Shown: positions 63,401-64,000 of the stretch, in pieces
Position numbering within the stretch: position 1 is the first letter of the stretch
Layout of the letters: each line of letters begins with the position of its first letter
NCBI GenBank assembly: GCA_000165345.1
Contig: CM000432.1
Span: 608,001 to 672,000, forward strand
Direction of reading: 5' to 3'
DNA: 64,000 bases
The notes under the pieces: generated by a model
Told to the model about the DNA's origin: nothing
The model's database searches: none
The model's input: only the letters and a program-made list of their open reading frames with translations
Program-made: the position numbers and the translations under genes

Positions 63401-64000
63401 CCACATTATTTGATTATCCAACCATAAATTCGTTATCAGATTTTATACTAAACATTTCAAATACATCAACAAATATCTTATTACCAAAAACAAATAAAGA
63501 CAATATTGGATTAATTATTTCTCAAAATATCCCATCACTAAAAAATATTATTTTCTCTCAAGATAATAAATCTAAAAATCTAACTTCAAAACTATCAATT
63601 ACTGGAATTGGCTGTAGGCTACCTGGAAATACAAATTCCCCAATTGAATTTTGGGAAAGAACTTTGCTTTCTATGCAAACCTGGTCATCAGAAGTTCCAT
63701 TAAGTAGGTTTGATATTGATGAATTTTATTTAAATATAGATGATTATAAAAATATTAACTACTTATCAAAAAATCTAACTTATTCAAGGCATGGGACATT
63801 TATCGAAAGTATTGATTTATTTGATAATGATTATTTTAATATTACAACTTATGAATCTTCAACTATGGACCCACAGCAAAGAATATTATTGGAAACCACA
63901 AGCGATGCATTACATAGCTCAGGATATAACCCAAAGAATATTTCCAACTCAAATATTGGTGTATTTGTAGGATGTTGTGGGACTGACTGGAACTATCTTT
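55261..64000 (+). CDS. Giant type I polyketide/fatty-acid megasynthase, 5' partial. Loading AL (acyl-AMP ligase) - ACP, then KS-DH-ER-KR-like-ACP, then start of next KS. ORF runs off the window end
   Basis: Continuous open frame from ATG 55261 to the window end (absent from the ORF track because it has no stop). AL: FTSGSTGHPKGV (~55882) and YGMAENT. ACP1: LLSCGIESIKAVEICNAL (~57580). KS: DTACSSSLVALD (Cys ~58285), ECHGTGTPLGDPIE, IGHLEGAAGLAGL. DH: HIINGLSIFPASGYIELA (~59270) and ILDSAFQVLGG. ER: GLNFRDILNIMNLYPGDPGEPGSDFSG and HAATGGVGIASVQ (~61245). ACP2: LGLDSLSAVEVRNAI (~63330). KS2 starts ~63600 (ITGIGCRLPG ... DPQQRILLE). No GHSxG acyltransferase domain lies between KS (ends ~59090) and DH (starts ~59200). 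Confidence 0.9.
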   Translation, partial: MNSSKPEYDAIISQIELFSNTIPDSNAFVWLNDNGNEESTITYKNLWKSIRIISHFLLNELSLKKGDRIILCYTPGIDFIYSFYGCLASGIVAIPVYPADPNNSSQVDRLRKIVDISQANACLTNSSYNRIISLFKFKFFNEPLWNAISWYSTDKILRDYSEFELVTDNGFYKSKNDSLNPFKTVVKNEIIHFKKPKCEPHDSAFIQFTSGSTGHPKGVIVTHGSLYYNSLLCMKCFNFSLEPKFESPETKITENDIETSDEANKILKEIIEIKNQFIKTFGHNIRGFSWLPMYHDMGLVGFIVSTVIIGSETFLLSPFSFIKNPHIWLKVISKYRIAATAAPNFAFDYICRKITNDELEEINNLGGLGCLKHGGILSGSEPIRAATLVRFVKKFSSVGFCSSAFLPAYGMAENTLIISGLKKKSKLFPKVLTLKSDKIIPGKKVEIVNYGYISCYCNYCKHENSIEFNDKDCMKRNLVCCGEKNSVNDKIIIVCPEKNTILPENYVGEIWVSSRSKGAGYWLLHDLTDKIFFAKVKECDSDLSDIKFLKTGDLGFINNDQLYIVGRQKDVIIIRGKNYYPQDIEEVIDTCHEVIRPGCCVAFSIDIDGEEKLAIATEVRSELIESSDILGIKSYIKGLINKKERFQAKDIIDKLSISIQKYLGIEVYRIILIKEKKMPKTSSGKVQRSKVKQMIMNGDFGSSIVIDFINNNLENIKLVEVFDKDERNIDSDYFSVYSENEFPDKIYERVKHIFESVVGNKYFPELDDPLLSCGIESIKAVEICNALSKEFNIDFPATLIFDFPTLRLLIEHIDLLKNGNKEYLPNEITSVPGKTTSEFVISGINAHLPGFSSNNPFVKLWEVMMNSANVFSPVPHERWNAYCFNEKKSISAIQKIKNYYTDTGAYIIGSEFFDLEKFKILPIEVEHMDPQQRLLLRGTEKILKHVELPTNNSTGVYIGCCSNDWSQIISNSTHLSVYSGTGASPSILANRISFYNGFAGPSITIDTACSSSLVALDIALHHLQQNITNTAFVAGVNSILNPNIFVSLCKAKMLSDTGKCSPFDESANGFVRGEGCIIVCIQHISIAKKKIATILGTYVNQDGKTTTLTAPKGPSQVSAIRNCLGISGMHPSEINYIECHGTGTPLGDPIEAGAIMSVFKTHNEYQYNVTHMNSNIVIGAFKSNIGHLEGAAGLAGLLKVLLVMSRRFFPGIGNLININTHIKKLLNDKTNHNRIIFPNMNEGKYFSEIGIEETQVLRSGISSFGFGGTNSHVIIEEGANINSIWDIETEENSDLQEGNYFPWTARFHPFISTINNKDEIYSYAISKLKCKKYVIEHIINGLSIFPASGYIELAIITCRLAALDISSGEQIVYIQKKNSRDEIISEFKKSNFDILTRESNIYLLKTSPVVIKNLEIISVFNLDNLENEELNANIHINEGKVSIYSKNRDYFSCNANLILDIESNNRMEILDNSFTVDEFKKVCILRTIVHDELYDLLNNSGYNYIGRYRSLEYVSIGDSIGYGKIKTDEYDSSPFCIAPWILDSAFQVLGGFLITNGNINGQFIPVRIEEMLINSDISYSELYSLVKITNIEEKQIICNICLINEKGSKLIEIVKMNFIKNEIPNQKTVVNLDHKKKIDHLNSKVDYENNYFGIKLDWRPVAASELFENNDNVNSYSIITSDKQFSRINSSLEKTGNKIIKFNKNLINFDGNIVFFNCKLEEIKISIKQAKSGARFYILTKNAIPIEKIIRTDGFSFDNLYWDSINQFILENNIIISVIDIESFDELNSQIKFGINYLGKNNIKNKIPNILFDHLVIRNVQMARERNLTLIGYSATPIRIGNCIGIDNFKYELTSRGELKNFKIKYSEKFKIEELGDDEVKVQVKAVGLNFRDILNIMNLYPGDPGEPGSDFSGIIIGIGNNVKPFKIGDHVWGFARGCFKSQLVTTSTLISKKPRNLSFEEAAALPVIFCTVEASFNDLYKVKKGDFVLIHAATGGVGIASVQYCINKGAIVFATCSSNSKKKWLCGLGVHYVSSSRDHKIFNKEMNEFLNIASKRYRGGKNAKFDLVLNCLSGEFIHESFKKIRSGGTFIELGKRETLDYSQAKSNYPEINYLKLAIDELVVGNAKYIQSLLSRYETNNLINTNPTLPVKVFKMESCTLEALRFMQKASHIGKIVLTLPPPQTLMFEAFNYKTLNIVNLEKFSIELFKRYECSELVDLLDQESRNFELYKDCESKFINEMITKGNIIGPFEIFSKYKNMLESLFSASQSIPLKVINYIIDNEIFEELRILIISPIFPEILLDKILSFKSGKVVFLTIYDENNKERCYKVGNNIVNYVSSIINLNSEQFDFAIITSTFFGKLSFISLMENIKLMLKKGGPLFIINPFGEGLTSSIIKQQYCSYTSKIIVPIKFRVDFNVENVIDEFKLINCDKNKTVKFYSFETNYWDSEFVKQNNTDDNGFKNNFHIILSHKEDEISLFAATKLLSEAGANNFVYISTEKITINYPFKYKFEIEKENFVQNFKRILSGNGIYKISGIICLPLNHLECKEISNILWDIHSISFISTTSIQYFLLCSCNDKNNLILETFCRYRRNIGLPGQVAFWNYNSEQVSNLNHGSFVQAAIKLAIVSNSACIYKPMKNQVENSEAWETNSKIVFDKQHITNIIVNTINDIVGIEKIDFNTPLIELGLDSLSAVEVRNAISNELNIVLPITTLFDYPTINSLSDFILNISNTSTNILLPKTNKDNIGLIISQNIPSLKNIIFSQDNKSKNLTSKLSITGIGCRLPGNTNSPIEFWERTLLSMQTWSSEVPLSRFDIDEFYLNIDDYKNINYLSKNLTYSRHGTFIESIDLFDNDYFNITTYESSTMDPQQRILLETTSDALHSSGYNPKNISNSNIGVFVGCCGTDWNYL
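57775..59090 (+). other. Ketosynthase (KS) domain, module 1
   Basis: Cys-His-His triad motifs TACSSSL, ECHGTGT, GHLEGAAG. Boundaries approximate. Confidence 0.85.
59200..61830 (+). other. DH (HxxxGxxxxP, DxxxQ) - structural linker - ER (MDR-type, GGVGxAxxQ) region of module 1, directly following KS with no AT
   Basis: The DH and ER motifs quoted above are present. The ~240-aa segment between them fits a pseudo-KR/structural subdomain. Boundaries approximate. Confidence 0.7.

Noticed and set aside
1-64000. Prokaryotic-style features (operons, RBS, CRISPR arrays, IS elements, rho-independent terminators)
   Set aside because: All recognisable proteins are eukaryotic (tubulin, ATR, LSm4, MZT1, IMP4, PWP1, Sec7 GEF) and spliceosomal introns with GTAAGT donors are present. 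No direct-repeat/spacer arrays or transposase ORFs were seen.

Overview
This is a gene-dense (about one gene per 2.3 kb), very AT-rich, intron-poor eukaryotic locus. No prokaryotic features (operons, CRISPR, RBS-driven genes) and no rRNA or tRNA were found. The large single-exon genes and the encoded proteins point to an apicomplexan of the Cryptosporidium type. The strongest indicator is a giant type I polyketide/fatty-acid megasynthase that starts with an acyl-AMP ligase plus ACP loading unit, lying a few kb downstream of an intronless alpha-tubulin gene; this architecture is described for Cryptosporidium FAS1/PKS1.

About 26 protein-coding genes are supported. Those I can name with reasonable confidence are:
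- a 3.4 k-aa ATR/Mec1-like PIKK kinase (425..10810)
- a TMBIM/Bax-inhibitor family membrane protein
- a 1800-aa Sec7 ARF-GEF
- a diflavin (FMN/FAD/NADPH) reductase
- a spliced LSm4
- a P-type cation ATPase with PMR1/SPCA-like signature
- IMP4 (Brix)
- PWP1 (WD40)
- MZT1
- a DnaJ with signal peptide
- a CDP-alcohol (choline/ethanolamine) phosphotransferase
- a protein with an N-terminal LITAF-like zinc ribbon
- two EMG1/Nep1 SPOUT methyltransferase paralogs
- alpha-tubulin
- an MFS sugar-transporter-like protein
- the first ~2900 codons of the megasynthase (AL-ACP-KS-DH-ER-KR-like-ACP-KS, no AT domain visible in module 1)

The remainder are coiled-coil or low-complexity proteins without assignable function.

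The most interesting observations are:
- the AT-less first module of the megasynthase
- the head-to-head EMG1/Nep1 pair, which keeps the same phase-2 GTAAGT intron on both strands with start codons only ~63 bp apart (one copy canonical, one divergent in the SAM-loop region)
- an LSm4 gene that can only be rebuilt with two very short introns and possibly a start-codon-only first exon
- a likely homopolymer frameshift separating a signal-peptide ATG from its ORF near 47.4 kb
- several convergent gene pairs with 3' ends 0-40 bp apart or overlapping
- recurrent E2F-like GGCGGG/CGCG and GCATG elements in the few GC-rich intergenic islands

Coordinates derived by hand may be off by a base or two. 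All family assignments are from motif recognition by eye, not database searches.
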